NCBI GenBank assembly: GCA_963739555.1
Contig: CAVUAV010000005.1
Coordinates: 706,218-770,217, forward strand
Length of the DNA stretch: 64,000 nucleotides
Direction of reading: 5' to 3'
Source of the DNA: an uncultured Acidimicrobiales bacterium
Lineage (GTDB): Bacteria; Actinomycetota; Acidimicrobiia; Acidimicrobiales; DATKAS01
Shown here: positions 49,908 to 59,793 of the stretch, piece after piece
How the letters are laid out: each line of letters starts with the position of its first letter
How positions within the stretch are numbered: the first letter of the stretch is position 1
Made by a program: the position numbers and the translations under genes
Notes under the pieces: model-generated
Database searches by the model: none
Seen by the model: the letters and a program-made list of their open reading frames with translations, nothing else
What the model was told of the DNA's origin: nothing

Positions 49908-49915
49908 TTAACGGC

Positions 49916-51133
49916 ATGACGGACTTCTCGCTCGACCTCAACGAGGACCAGCTGCAGCTGCAGAAATGGGTCCACGACTTCGCCGAGAACGTGGTGCGCC
50001 CGGTCGCTCATGAGTGGGACGAGCGTGAGGAGTTCCCGTGGCCCGTCGTGCAAGAGGCAGCGAACATCGGCCTCTACAGCTTCGACTTCATGGCGAACGC
50101 CTTCACCGATCCCACCGGCCTGACGCTGCCGGTGTGCCTCGAAGAGCTGTGGTGGGGCGACGCTGGCATCGGCCTTGCGATCTTCGGATCCGCCCTCGCC
50201 GCGGCCGGGATCTCGGGCAACGGCACGCCTGAGCAAGTCATGGAGTGGGTACCGCAGTGCTACGGCACCGCGGACAAGATCCAGCTCGGTGCGTTCTGCG
50301 TGAGCGAGCCCGACGCCGGCTCTGACGTGTCGTCGCTGCGCACTCGCGCCGTCTACGACGAGGCCAAAGACGAGTGGGTCATCAACGGCACGAAGGCATG
50401 GATCACGAACGGCGGCATCGCGGACGTCCATGTCGTCGTCGCCACCGTCGACCCTGCGCTGAAGGGTCGGGGGCAGGCGAGCTTCATCGTCCCGCCCGGC
50501 ACGAAGGGGCTTTCGCAGGGGCAGAAGTACGCGAAGCACGGCATCCGTGCGAGCCACACCGCAGAAGTCGTCCTCGACGACGTGCGCGTGCCCGGACGGC
50601 TCCTCCTCGGCGGCAAGGAGAAGCTCGATGCGAAGCTCGCCAAGGCGCGTGAGGCCGGCCACACCGGCGCCAAGCAGCCGGCGATGGCGACGTTCGAGGC
50701 GACTCGCCCCGCGGTCGGCGCGCAGGCGCTCGGCATCGCCCGCGCGGCCTACGAGTTCTCGCTCGACTACGCCAAGGAGCGTCAGGCGTTCGGCAAGCCG
50801 ATCATCATGAACCAGGGGATCGCGTTCAAGCTCGCTGACATGAGGATGGAGATCGATGCCGCCCGGCTGCTCGTGTGGCGCGCAGCGTGGATGTCTCGCA
50901 ACGGCAAGCAGTTCGTCGCCGGCGAAGGCTCGATGTCGAAGCTGAAGGCCGGCGAGGTCGCCGTCAAGGTCACCGAAGAGGCGATCCAGATCCTGGGTGG
51001 CTACGGCTACACCCGCGAGTACCCGGTCGAAAGGTGGCACCGCGACGCGAAGATCTACACGATCTTCGAAGGCACCTCCGAGATCCAGCGGCTCGTCATC
51101 GCACGTGCGATCAGCGGCCTTCGCATCGAGTAG
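49916..51133 (+). CDS. Acyl-CoA dehydrogenase
   Basis: Intact 405 aa with FCVSEPDAGSDV, KAWITNGG and QILGGYGYTREYPVERWHRDAKIYTIFEGTSEIQ. Confidence 0.9.
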   Translation: MTDFSLDLNEDQLQLQKWVHDFAENVVRPVAHEWDEREEFPWPVVQEAANIGLYSFDFMANAFTDPTGLTLPVCLEELWWGDAGIGLAIFGSALAAAGISGNGTPEQVMEWVPQCYGTADKIQLGAFCVSEPDAGSDVSSLRTRAVYDEAKDEWVINGTKAWITNGGIADVHVVVATVDPALKGRGQASFIVPPGTKGLSQGQKYAKHGIRASHTAEVVLDDVRVPGRLLLGGKEKLDAKLAKAREAGHTGAKQPAMATFEATRPAVGAQALGIARAAYEFSLDYAKERQAFGKPIIMNQGIAFKLADMRMEIDAARLLVWRAAWMSRNGKQFVAGEGSMSKLKAGEVAVKVTEEAIQILGGYGYTREYPVERWHRDAKIYTIFEGTSEIQRLVIARAISGLRIE

Positions 51134-51151
51134 CTCGGTACGCTCACGGCG

Positions 51152-51559
51152 ATGAGTGAGGTCATGCACCGGCTGCTCGCCGCGATGAACGCACACGACC
51201 TCGACGCGTTCGTGGGCTGCTTCGCTCCCGACTACCGAAGCGAGCAGCCCGCGCACCCCGCCCGAGCCTTCGAAGGCAGTGGCCAGGTGCGCGAGAACTG
51301 GTCGAGTGTGTTCTCGGGTGTCCCCGACTTCCGCGCGGAGCTGGTGCTGTCGGTGACCACCGAAGCCGGAGTCGAGATCGGAGAGTGGCGCTGGCGGGGG
51401 ACGCACACCGACGGTGCGGCGTTTGCGATGGACGGCGTGATCGTCCTCGGGATCGTTGACGCGCAGATCGCCTGGGGACGGCTCTACATGGAGCCGGTGG
51501 AAGCGGACGGCGCCGGGATCGACGAGATGGTTCGCGACACCTACCGCCCGAGCACCTAG
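51152..51559 (+). CDS. SnoaL-like / NTF2-fold protein
   Basis: Intact 135 aa with LLAAMNAHDLDAFVGCFAPDY... Confidence 0.65.
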   Translation: MSEVMHRLLAAMNAHDLDAFVGCFAPDYRSEQPAHPARAFEGSGQVRENWSSVFSGVPDFRAELVLSVTTEAGVEIGEWRWRGTHTDGAAFAMDGVIVLGIVDAQIAWGRLYMEPVEADGAGIDEMVRDTYRPST

Positions 51560-51674
51560 TCGGCTCGACCGCTGTCGCAAGCAAAGACGACTGCACCCCA
51601 TTCGCCCGTGCATGCGCCGGTCGATCGGCGACGAGCGGCTGCATCGAGCGACACGCGATCGATCGCACCCGCCT

Positions 51675-51791
51675 CCGTTGCTGGCGTCGATCGTCGTGGT
51701 GCTGCTGTGGCTCTGGCTCAGCTCGTTGGTCGTCCTGATCGGCTCTGAGGTCGACGGCCTGCGTGCAGAGCAGGCCAGACTGGAGCCGTGA
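51675..51791 (+). pseudogene. 3'-terminal remnant of a YihY/BrkB-family membrane protein gene
   Basis: Only the last roughly 38 codons are recognisable (..LLASIVVVLLWLWLSSLVVLIGSEVDGLRAEQ). The roughly 115 nt upstream give no matching frame. Its stop still overlaps the alkB-like start (GTGA). Confidence 0.5.
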
Positions 51792-52492
51792 CGCTGCCCG
51801 CGAAGGAGCTGCAGATCGATCGGCACGCGCCGATCGAACGCATCGCGCTTCCGCCGACCTCGTGGGTCGAGCTCGTGCCTGGCTTCGTGCGGGATGCCGA
51901 CCGCGTCTTCACCGAGCTCCACGAATCTCTCGCGTGGACGCAGACCGAAGTCCTCCGCTACGACAAGTACGTTCCCGAGAACCGGCTCGGTGTCGGCGTG
52001 CGCAACGACGCCTATCCGGTGCTGCGCCAGACCGACCTCCATCTGAGGTCGCGATTCCAGGTGCCGTTCACCGGTGTCGCGGCAATCCTCTATCGGGACG
52101 GTCACGACTTCCAGGGGCTGCACAGTGACCGTGAGATGCGATGGCTCGACGACACCGTCATCGCGATCGCGGTGCTCGGCGCGCGCCGGCCGTTCGTCCT
52201 TCGGCCGAGGCTCGAGCGTGGAGTGCCGATCGACCGCGTCCCCGCGGGTTCGAGCCCCGACGACGTGATCCTGACTCCGGGCGAGGGCGACATGTTGATC
52301 ATGGGTGGGGCATGCCAGCGCGAGTGGCTGCACGGAGTGCCCGCGGCGCCCAGCGTCCATCAGCCGCGCATCTCGCTCACGTGGCGATGGACGAGCCGCC
52401 GTGGACGGCCCGACACGAACCCGACCTACTACGACGGTCGCCACTTCAGCGACGGGCCGCGCATGCCGGGGTCGCGGACGCGTCGCCCGTGA
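51788..52492 (+). CDS. alkB: AlkB-like Fe(II)/2-oxoglutarate dioxygenase
   Basis: Contains FQGLHSDRE (HxD), EWLHGVP (His) and RISLTWR (RxxxxxR). Intact 234 aa. Confidence 0.75.
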   Translation: MTLPAKELQIDRHAPIERIALPPTSWVELVPGFVRDADRVFTELHESLAWTQTEVLRYDKYVPENRLGVGVRNDAYPVLRQTDLHLRSRFQVPFTGVAAILYRDGHDFQGLHSDREMRWLDDTVIAIAVLGARRPFVLRPRLERGVPIDRVPAGSSPDDVILTPGEGDMLIMGGACQREWLHGVPAAPSVHQPRISLTWRWTSRRGRPDTNPTYYDGRHFSDGPRMPGSRTRRP

Positions 52493-53205
52493 CCAAGATG
52501 CTCGGCCGCGCCCTCGTGACCGGCGTGAGTCGCAAGGTGGGCATCGCGGCCACCGTCGCGGCGCGGCTGCGCGATGACGGATGGCAGGTCGTCACAACAG
52601 GTCTACGAACCTACGACGCTCGCATGTACTGGGGCGCAGATGACATCGCGCTCGCGGATCACGAGGTCGACTTCTCCGACGCGGCAGCGCCCGACGCATT
52701 GTTCGATGCGCTCGCGGCCGACGGCCCGATCACCGCGATGGTGATGTGCCATGCCGAGAGCGTCGACTCGGACATCCTCACGACCACCGTCGAGAGCTTC
52801 GATCGCCACTTCGCCGTCAACGCCCGCGCCACCTGGCTCCTGATTCGGGCGTTCGCCCGACAGCTTCCGGCCGAGGCCTCTGGCCGAGCGCGCATCGTCG
52901 CGATGACGAGCGATCACACTTCGTTCAACCTTCCGTACGGCGCGAGCAAAGGCGCGCTCGATCGCATCGTGCTCGCCGCCGCGGACGAGCTCGCCGGTCT
53001 CGGCCTCACCGCGAACGTGATCAACCCGGGGCCGAACGACACCGGTTGGATGGACGACGACGTGAAGGCGTTCATCGTCGAGCGCAACCTTCAGCCACGC
53101 ATCGGCGCGCCGAACGACACCGCCAACCTCGTCAGCTTCCTGCTCTCCGAACAGGGCGGATGGATCAACCGGCAGCTTCTGCACTCGGACGGCGGCCGTC
53201 GTTGA
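52489..53205 (+). CDS. SDR family oxidoreductase
   Basis: GTG 52489 overlaps the alkB-like stop (GTGA); ATG 52498 is an alternative. Contains ALVTGVSRKVGIA and YGASKGAL. Confidence 0.8.
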   Translation: MTKMLGRALVTGVSRKVGIAATVAARLRDDGWQVVTTGLRTYDARMYWGADDIALADHEVDFSDAAAPDALFDALAADGPITAMVMCHAESVDSDILTTTVESFDRHFAVNARATWLLIRAFARQLPAEASGRARIVAMTSDHTSFNLPYGASKGALDRIVLAAADELAGLGLTANVINPGPNDTGWMDDDVKAFIVERNLQPRIGAPNDTANLVSFLLSEQGGWINRQLLHSDGGRR

Positions 53206-53722
53206 GGAACGCGACGAGCTGCTCGATCGAGGGCGCGTAGCCCGAGGTCGTGTCGACGTCGATCGACGGCACATCGAGCGTCAGGCGGTCGAACTCCCTC
53301 ATCCGCTTCTCCCAGTCGACGAGCCAGATGTCGTCGGCATGCGCGCTGCGGTCGCCGCGCCCGATGAAGCGACTTCGCGCGACCTCGATGTCGGTGTGGC
53401 ATTGCACGACCCGAATGTCCGCGATCCGCATGAGCGGCTCGAGCTGCGGCGCCCACACGTGGTGCTGGAACGCGGCCTCGGCGACCACGGTGACGCCGTT
53501 CTCGAGCAGCACCCGCAAGACCTCGAAGAACACCGGGAGCGTCCGTTGCGTGAGGGGGTCGCCTTCGCCCGCCTCGAACGTGCCGACCGTGTGCACCATG
53601 CCTTCCTTGATCTCGTCGCGGCACACCGCCGGACAGCCGATCGCCCTCGCGAGCTCGTGCGCGAGCGTCGTCTTGCCGGTGCCCGCCGGGCCGCTGACGA
53701 CGACGAGAGTGGGTCGATCCAC
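53165..53722 (-). CDS. P-loop NTPase (AAA_33 / predicted kinase family)
   Basis: Contains LVVVSGPAGTGKTTLAHELA. 185 aa. Its 3' end overlaps the convergent SDR gene by 41 nt. Confidence 0.65.
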   Translation of the reverse strand: MDRPTLVVVSGPAGTGKTTLAHELARAIGCPAVCRDEIKEGMVHTVGTFEAGEGDPLTQRTLPVFFEVLRVLLENGVTVVAEAAFQHHVWAPQLEPLMRIADIRVVQCHTDIEVARSRFIGRGDRSAHADDIWLVDWEKRMREFDRLTLDVPSIDVDTTSGYAPSIEQLVAFLNDGRRPSAEAAG

Positions 53723-53727
53723 GCCGC

Positions 53728-54939
53728 TCAGGCGGCGAGTGCCGTAGCGGCGCTCCCCATGAGGTCGAGGAAGTTGTCGCAGTAGAAGCGCTGCTTCGCA
53801 TCCTCCATGGTGCTCGCGAGCGACGCCTCGAACCGCTCGATCGGTCGCCGTCCACCCTCGACGTGTGGGTAGTCACTCGAGAACAAGCACACCTCAGGGC
53901 CGGCCTGCTCGATGATCCACCCGACGTCCTCTGTCGGATAAGGCGTCGCGCGCACTTGCCTTCGCACGTAGTCGCTCGGGCGCATCGACAGCGCGCGGAG
54001 GCGCTCCTCGTGGCGAGCGAACGCGTCGAACGCTGCCTCCATCTGTCGCATCCAGGAGGGAAGCCAGATCGCGCCTTGCTCGATCACGCCGATGCGCAAC
54101 TCAGGGAAGCGCTCGAGGACTCCGTCGAAGATCATCGTCGCGAGCGTCTGCATCGGCGGTCCGGGGATGCCCATGTAGTCCACGGAGCGGAAGTTCTCTT
54201 CGCCGCCGTGAAAGTCCGGAGGGATCGGCAGACCGTTGCGGAAGTAGCTCTTGTCGATCAGATCGCCGGTGCCGCCGACGTGGAACACGATCGGGATCTG
54301 CGCCTCTTGCGCGCGCGCCCACACGCCGTCGAGGCCGATGTGGCTCGGGGAGTGGCCCGGTGGACAGCCGGACGCGATCAGGAGCGCAGCGGCCCCCATC
54401 TCGATCGCTTCGTCGGTCATCGCCGCGGCATCGTCGATCGAGCACAGCGGCACGTAGCAAGTGGCAAGCAGTCGGGGGTCGGCCGCGCAGAACTCGACCA
54501 TCCCTCGGTTGTGCGCGCGTGCAGCTCCGAGTGCCAGGTCGACGTCGCCCGAGTGCTCCCAGTCGCGGAGGCGGCGATTGTGGAACGTGTTGAAGACCAG
54601 CTGGCTCGAGAAGCCGAGGAGGTCGATCGCGCGGCCGCGATCCTCGGCGAGGAACGACCCGGTGGCCGCGAAGTTCTTCCGGTTCATGATCTCGGCCGCC
54701 TCGACCTCGGTGTACTCCTCTGATCGGTGGCGCTCGGCGAGGCGGGCGAACGCGGCCTCGAGGTCGCGCAGCTGCTCTTCGGGATCACCGGTCTGGCGGA
54801 GCTCGTTGCCGCCCGCGTACTCGAGCGGTCTGACACGGTCACGGATCGCGGGGTCGGCGTGCTCGACCAGCCAAGCCGGTGTCTCCATGATGTGGGCGTC
54901 GGCGTCGTGCACGATCCGCCCGGTCGAGTTGTACGGCAT
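53728..54939 (-). CDS. Amidohydrolase-2 (ACMSD-like metal-dependent hydrolase/decarboxylase) family protein
   Basis: RBS GGAGGA followed by ATG 54939 (MPYNSTGRIVHDADAHIME). Contains ..VFHVGG.. and ..LFSSDYPHVEG. Confidence 0.75.
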   Translation of the reverse strand: MPYNSTGRIVHDADAHIMETPAWLVEHADPAIRDRVRPLEYAGGNELRQTGDPEEQLRDLEAAFARLAERHRSEEYTEVEAAEIMNRKNFAATGSFLAEDRGRAIDLLGFSSQLVFNTFHNRRLRDWEHSGDVDLALGAARAHNRGMVEFCAADPRLLATCYVPLCSIDDAAAMTDEAIEMGAAALLIASGCPPGHSPSHIGLDGVWARAQEAQIPIVFHVGGTGDLIDKSYFRNGLPIPPDFHGGEENFRSVDYMGIPGPPMQTLATMIFDGVLERFPELRIGVIEQGAIWLPSWMRQMEAAFDAFARHEERLRALSMRPSDYVRRQVRATPYPTEDVGWIIEQAGPEVCLFSSDYPHVEGGRRPIERFEASLASTMEDAKQRFYCDNFLDLMGSAATALAA

Positions 54940-54940
54940 C

Positions 54941-55327
54941 TCAATCCTCCTGCGCCGGGCCGTCGACGTTGATCGTCGGCGCTCCCTGTCCGGCGCGCAC
55001 CACGATGAGGTGGCTCTGCTCGTGGCCGCGGTTGCTCTCGCGATGGATCGCACCCTTGGGCACATGCAAGAAGTCGCCCGCTTCGGCTTCGATGACCTCG
55101 TTGCCGCCGACGCCGGACTCCATCCGCAACGTGCCGTGCGCGACGAAGATCGACGTCTCGTACTCCCCGTGGTGATGCCACCCCGACGTCATCCCCGGTT
55201 CTGTGCGCACGAACCCGGCCCAGAGGCCGTCGACGTCGATCGCACGTTCGCGCGTCATTCCGGGCGTGGGGTCCGCCTCGACTCGCTCTTCCGGGGTGAC
55301 CAGGCGCACTGGCTCTGACTCGCGCAT
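54941..55327 (-). CDS. Cupin domain protein
   Basis: Contains GWHHHGEYETSIFV ... GDFLHVPKGAIHRE. It ends 1 nt before the amidohydrolase start. Confidence 0.8.
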   Translation of the reverse strand: MRESEPVRLVTPEERVEADPTPGMTRERAIDVDGLWAGFVRTEPGMTSGWHHHGEYETSIFVAHGTLRMESGVGGNEVIEAEAGDFLHVPKGAIHRESNRGHEQSHLIVVRAGQGAPTINVDGPAQED

Positions 55328-55356
55328 GTGTCGGAGTCTTCCGCGAGACTGCGCCG

Positions 55357-56769
55357 ATGTCGACTGTCGACGGCACCGACCTCACGCAGCTCACCGCGTC
55401 CGCGCTCCTCGATCTCTATCGGCGCGGCGAGGCGTCGCCGGTCGAGGCCACGACCGCTGTCCTCAGTCGCATCGAGAAGGTCAACCCCGAGATCAACGCG
55501 TTCTGCTTGGTGGATGCCGATGCCGCGCTCGCCTCGGCTCGTGGAAGCGAGGCCCGCTGGCAGCGCGGTGAGCCGATCGGGCCGCTCGACGGCGTCCCCA
55601 CGTCGATCAAGGATCTGATCCTCACTCGGGGATGGCCGACGCGCCGTGGCAGCTTCACCGTCGATCCCGATCAGCCCTGGGACGTCGACGCGCCCGCCGC
55701 GGCCCGGCTTCGTGAGGCCGGAGCAGTCCTTCTCGGCAAGACGACGACGCCCGAGTTCGGGTGCAAGGGCGAAACGAACTCGCCGATGACCGGCATCACT
55801 CGCAACCCGTGGGACACGACGAAGACGAGTGGGGGATCGTCAGGCGGCACCGCCGCGGCCGTGGCCGCGGGCTCTGGCGTCCGCTGAGCATCGGAAGCGA
55901 CGGCGCCGGCTCCGTGCGGATCCCGGCCGCCTTCTGCGGGAACTTCGGTCTCAAGCCGAGCTTCGGTCGCGTGCCCGCACATCCACTCTCGCCGTTCGGC
56001 ACGGTCTCACACCTCGGCCCACACACGATGAGCGTCGCCGACGCCGCGCTCATGATGAACGTGCTCAAGCGACCCGACCCGCGGGACTGGACGTCGCTTC
56101 CTCCGGATGACTCCGACTACCTCGCAGGGCTCGACGCGGGCATCGACGGAGTTCGGGTGCTGTTCTCGCCAGCACTCGGCTACGCGAAGGTCCATCCCGA
56201 AGTCGCCGCCGCAGTCGCGGCCGGGGCGAAGCAGCTCGAAGCGCTCGGCGCGAAGGTCGAGGAGGGCGACCCAGGGTTCGACGACCCGCTTCCGATCACG
56301 ATCGGCCTGTGGTTCACCGGCGCGTGGACGCTGTGGAACACGCTCACGCCCGCGCAGCAAGAAGTCACCGATCCCGACTTCGCCGCGGAAGCGCGCCTCG
56401 GCTCCGAGCTGAGCAACCTCGACGTGCAACGGCTCGTCCTTCGGCGTGGCGAGCTGGGTTCGCGCATGCGCCAGCTCATGCAGCACTACGACCTCATCGT
56501 CACCCCGTCGGTCGCGGTGCCGGCGTTCGAAGCTCGGCCTGCGGGGCACACGCCGATGTCGGCCGAGGCGATGCTCGGATGGACGCCGTTCTCCTATCCG
56601 TTCAACCTCACGCAGCAGCCCGCGTGCACCATCCCGTGCGGGCTCACGAGCGACGGCCTCCCGATCGGGATGCAGCTCGTCGGCCCGATGTTCAACGACG
56701 CGCTCGTGCTGCGCGGCTGCTCGCGCCTACGAGACGGCGCGGCCCATCCCTCGGCCTGCGATCGGCTGA
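55357..56769 (+). pseudogene. Amidase (amidase-signature family); two frame breaks (about 55881 and 56715)
   Basis: ORF 55357..55887 gives ..SIKDLI..GGSSGGTAAAVAAG. It continues as PLSIGSDGAGSVRIPAAFCG... in ORF 55761..57197. The end, AARAYETARPIPRPAIG, is in ORF 56446..56769. Confidence 0.85.
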
Positions 56770-56777
56770 CGGTTCGG

Positions 56778-57134
56778 TCACGGCTCCCAGAAGATCTCGA
56801 TCTCGGTGTCGTCGGGATCCCAGCACCGGAACGTGACGTAGTCCTCGTCGGGTCGGAAGTCTTCGATGTCGCCGACCCTCACGCCCGCGGCCGAAAGGGC
56901 GGCATGGCGCGCGATGACCTCGTCGGCGTCGGCACCGTTGAACCCGATGTGGAAGCCCTCGGGCAGTGCAGTGTGGGGATCCGCCGGCACCAACGCGAGG
57001 AGGAACCCCTCGTCGTTCTTCACGAAGAAGCCGCCGTCGGACTCGAATGCGGGCTTGAAGCCGAAGTGCTGCACGTAGAAGTCGCGGCACGCCACTGCGT
57101 CGCGGACCCGAAGGTTCAGGTGGTTCAAGTCCAC
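56778..57134 (-). CDS. VOC (glyoxalase) family protein
   Basis: GTG 57134 gives VDLNHLNLRVRDAVACRDFYVQHFGF... About 118 aa. Confidence 0.7.
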   Translation of the reverse strand: MDLNHLNLRVRDAVACRDFYVQHFGFKPAFESDGGFFVKNDEGFLLALVPADPHTALPEGFHIGFNGADADEVIARHAALSAAGVRVGDIEDFRPDEDYVTFRCWDPDDTEIEIFWEP

Positions 57135-57153
57135 GGCGCGATCCTCGCAGACG

Positions 57154-58152
57154 TCACGCGGCGACTCGGTAGAGCGAGCTGCTGCCCGAGTCCGTGATCC
57201 AGATCGAGTCGAAGCCGAACTCGATGCGTGCAGGGATGTCGACATCGCGTAGCTCTGTCTTCACCGCGCCGGTCGCGCGATCGAGCTGCAGCACACGCCC
57301 GGCCCGACCGGCGCGACGGATGCCGACCCACACGTCGCCGTCAGCGTCGAAGTTGAGCGAGAGCACCTCGGTCGATCCCTCGAGCTCGATGCGCTCGGCG
57401 ACCTCGCCTGTAGCCGGGTCGACCGCCCAGATCGAGGTCGGCGACGCGCCCCACACGAGGCCGTCGTGCTGGAGGAACGGGACGCCGCCTCCGACGTCGA
57501 GGTCGGCGGTCGCTCCCGTCGCCGGGTCGATCCGGTGGAGCGGAGTCGTGTCGCTTGACACCCAGAGGCTGCCGCCGGCGTACACGACGTTGGTGTGGGC
57601 GTTCCGCGCGTCGATGTCGACGGGAAGCCCCCGACTCACGCCGCCGTCGCTGATCTCGACCACTCGTCCTCCGGGATCCACCGCCCACACATCCCCCTCG
57701 TCGTCGCTGGTCAGGTCGCAGCAGACCTCGCCCGCTTGCGCGCTCGTCCGCATCGCTCCCGTCTGCGCATCGATCGCCACGACGGAGGGCGAGCCGCCGT
57801 AGCTCGCGACCCACACGACGTCGCCGAGGGCGAGAGCGGATGCGGCCCCCGGGATCTCATACGACGCCGTCACGGTGTTCGTCGTCGGGTCGACCCGGTT
57901 GATCGTGCCCGCGTCGTAGGACACCGGCCACACCGCATCGGACGTGACTGCCATCCCGAGCAGCTGCGTGCCGCCGATGTCGATGACGCTCTGCACCTCG
58001 GGCTCGGCGATGGTCGTCGTGGTGGTGCCGAGCGTGGTGGTCGCGGCTCGTGTCGTCGAGGTCGCGGCGGTCGTGGTCGGCGCGGTCGACGCGTCGTCGG
58101 TGCAGCTCGCGAGCACGAGCGCCGCGATCGCCATCCGGAGCGGCATCCGCAT
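57154..58152 (-). CDS. Lipoprotein with beta-propeller-like repeats (YncE/Vgb-like), function unknown
   Basis: Signal peptide with lipobox VLASC, a Thr/Ala-rich linker, then repeated ..VWV/..IWA..DP..G blades. Confidence 0.5.
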   Translation of the reverse strand: MRMPLRMAIAALVLASCTDDASTAPTTTAATSTTRAATTTLGTTTTTIAEPEVQSVIDIGGTQLLGMAVTSDAVWPVSYDAGTINRVDPTTNTVTASYEIPGAASALALGDVVWVASYGGSPSVVAIDAQTGAMRTSAQAGEVCCDLTSDDEGDVWAVDPGGRVVEISDGGVSRGLPVDIDARNAHTNVVYAGGSLWVSSDTTPLHRIDPATGATADLDVGGGVPFLQHDGLVWGASPTSIWAVDPATGEVAERIELEGSTEVLSLNFDADGDVWVGIRRAGRAGRVLQLDRATGAVKTELRDVDIPARIEFGFDSIWITDSGSSSLYRVAA

Positions 58153-58178
58153 CCCGAGACCTTGGCACAGCGGGCCGA

Positions 58179-59369
58179 TCAGTCGGGCAGCATCGGGACG
58201 GCGAAGCCGGGGTCGTGGCCGAGCTGACCGGCCCGACTCACGGCGGCCGACCCGAACCGGTCACGCACCTCGTCGAGAGCCGCGTCGAGCCGGCTGGCCG
58301 TGCGCCGGTCGAACGGCAACGGCAGCTGCACGGCGTCGTCGTCATCGAGGTTCATCACCGCGACCCCGATCAACGTGAGGCCCTGGTCGTCGATCAGCGG
58401 CTGGACGTCCGCGAGGAGGCCGCGGGCTGTCTCGAGGATCGGCTCGGTGAGGGCGGTCGGGCGAGCCATCGTGTGGGAACGGGTCGCGCGAGACCAGTCC
58501 TCGAAGCGCATTCGAAGAACGACCGTGCGGCCGACTCGGTTCGCGCCGCGCAGCCGCCGCGTCACCCGATCGACGAGCCCGGCGAGGGTCGCTTCGATCT
58601 CACCCGGCGCCTTCGCGCGCCAACCGATCGCGCGCTGCGAGCCGATCGACCGCCGTCGACGCCCGACTTCAACGGGCCGCGGGTCGTAGTTGTGCGCGAG
58701 TGCATGCAGGTGACGACCGGCATGCGGGCCGAGGATCGACATGAGCGTCGATTGCTCGAGCCGCGCCACGTCAGCGACGGTGTCGATGCCGCGGTCATGG
58801 AGCTTCGTCGCGGTCTTGATGCCCACGCCCCACAGCCGCTCGACCGCGAGGGGGTGGAGGAAGTCGAGCTCACCATCGGGCGGGACGACGAGCAGCCCGT
58901 CGGGCTTCGCCACTCTGCTCGCGACCTTGGCGAGAAACTTGGTGCGCGCGACCCCGACCGAGATCGGCAGGCCTACCTCGTGGAGCACGCGACCGCGCAA
59001 CCTCGTCGCGATCTCGAACGGGGTGCCAGACAACCGGCGGAGACCACCGACGTCGAGGAACGCCTCGTCGGGCGAGATGCCCTCGACGAGGGGAGTGGTG
59101 TCGTTGAAGATCTCGAACACCGCCTTGCTCGCCTCGGAGTAGGCGGAGAAGCGCGGGGAGACCTCGATCAGGTTGGGGCAGAGCTCCCGGGCCTGCCGCC
59201 CGCCCATGGGCGTCGAGATGCCGAACGCCTTCGCCTCGTAGCTCGCGGCCAGCACGACGCCGCCCCCGACGACGATCGGCTTTCCCCTGAGTGCTGGGTT
59301 GTCACGCTGCTCGACCGACGCGTAGAACGAGTCGAGGTCGGCGTGGAGGATGGTCGCCTCGGCTCGCAT
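58179..59369 (-). CDS. dinB: DNA polymerase IV (Y-family)
   Basis: The start is taken at ATG 59369 (MRAEATILHADLDSFYASVEQ). Contains SPDEAFLD and SVGVARTKFLAK. Confidence 0.9.
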   Translation of the reverse strand: MRAEATILHADLDSFYASVEQRDNPALRGKPIVVGGGVVLAASYEAKAFGISTPMGGRQARELCPNLIEVSPRFSAYSEASKAVFEIFNDTTPLVEGISPDEAFLDVGGLRRLSGTPFEIATRLRGRVLHEVGLPISVGVARTKFLAKVASRVAKPDGLLVVPPDGELDFLHPLAVERLWGVGIKTATKLHDRGIDTVADVARLEQSTLMSILGPHAGRHLHALAHNYDPRPVEVGRRRRSIGSQRAIGWRAKAPGEIEATLAGLVDRVTRRLRGANRVGRTVVLRMRFEDWSRATRSHTMARPTALTEPILETARGLLADVQPLIDDQGLTLIGVAVMNLDDDDAVQLPLPFDRRTASRLDAALDEVRDRFGSAAVSRAGQLGHDPGFAVPMLPD

Positions 59370-59409
59370 CGAACACATGTTCGCACATCGAGGATGCCAG
59401 GATGCGCCG

Positions 59410-59793
59410 ATGTCGGACATCGAAGTCGTGCAGCAGATCTACGCCGCGATGGCGGCGCGTGACCTCGACACGCTGGCCCAGCTCGTCGACGAGTCGTGCG
59501 TGATCACCCAGGACCCCGCCCTTCCGTGGGGCGGCCGCCATGTCGGGCACCCCGGCTTCCTCACGTTCGCGGGAGCGCTCACCGGCTCGATCAACTCAGC
59601 CGTGACGACGCACGACCTGTTCATGGCCGACGGTGACGTCATCCAAGTCGGGCACACGAAGGGCACGACGGTCGCGCACGGCACGCCGTTCGACATCCCC
59701 GAGGTGCATCGCTGGACGATCCGCGACGGCAAAGCGGTCGCAGCGCACTTCTCGATCGACACGGCCGCGATGCTCGCGGCGCTGGGGGACTGA
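59410..59793 (+). CDS. SnoaL-like / NTF2-fold protein
   Basis: ATG 59410 gives MSDIEVVQQIYAAMAARDLDTLAQLVDE... Confidence 0.65.
   Translation: MSDIEVVQQIYAAMAARDLDTLAQLVDESCVITQDPALPWGGRHVGHPGFLTFAGALTGSINSAVTTHDLFMADGDVIQVGHTKGTTVAHGTPFDIPEVHRWTIRDGKAVAAHFSIDTAAMLAALGD

Noticed and set aside
49820-52444. An 874-aa minus-strand ORF spanning the ACAD, SnoaL and AlkB-like genes.
   Set aside because: Its translation is Arg/Asp/His/Val-rich with no recognisable motif. It lies antisense to three well-supported plus-strand genes, so it is a GC-bias artefact. The same reasoning applies to 4903..6042, 6127..7173, 42327..43700, 42823..44130, 47689..49113 and 20893..21867.
53165-53722. P-loop AAA_33 protein as a zeta-toxin-like member of a toxin-antitoxin pair.
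   Set aside because: No small antitoxin-like ORF is adjacent. The neighbours are metabolic (amidohydrolase, cupin), and the sequence looks like a generic predicted kinase.
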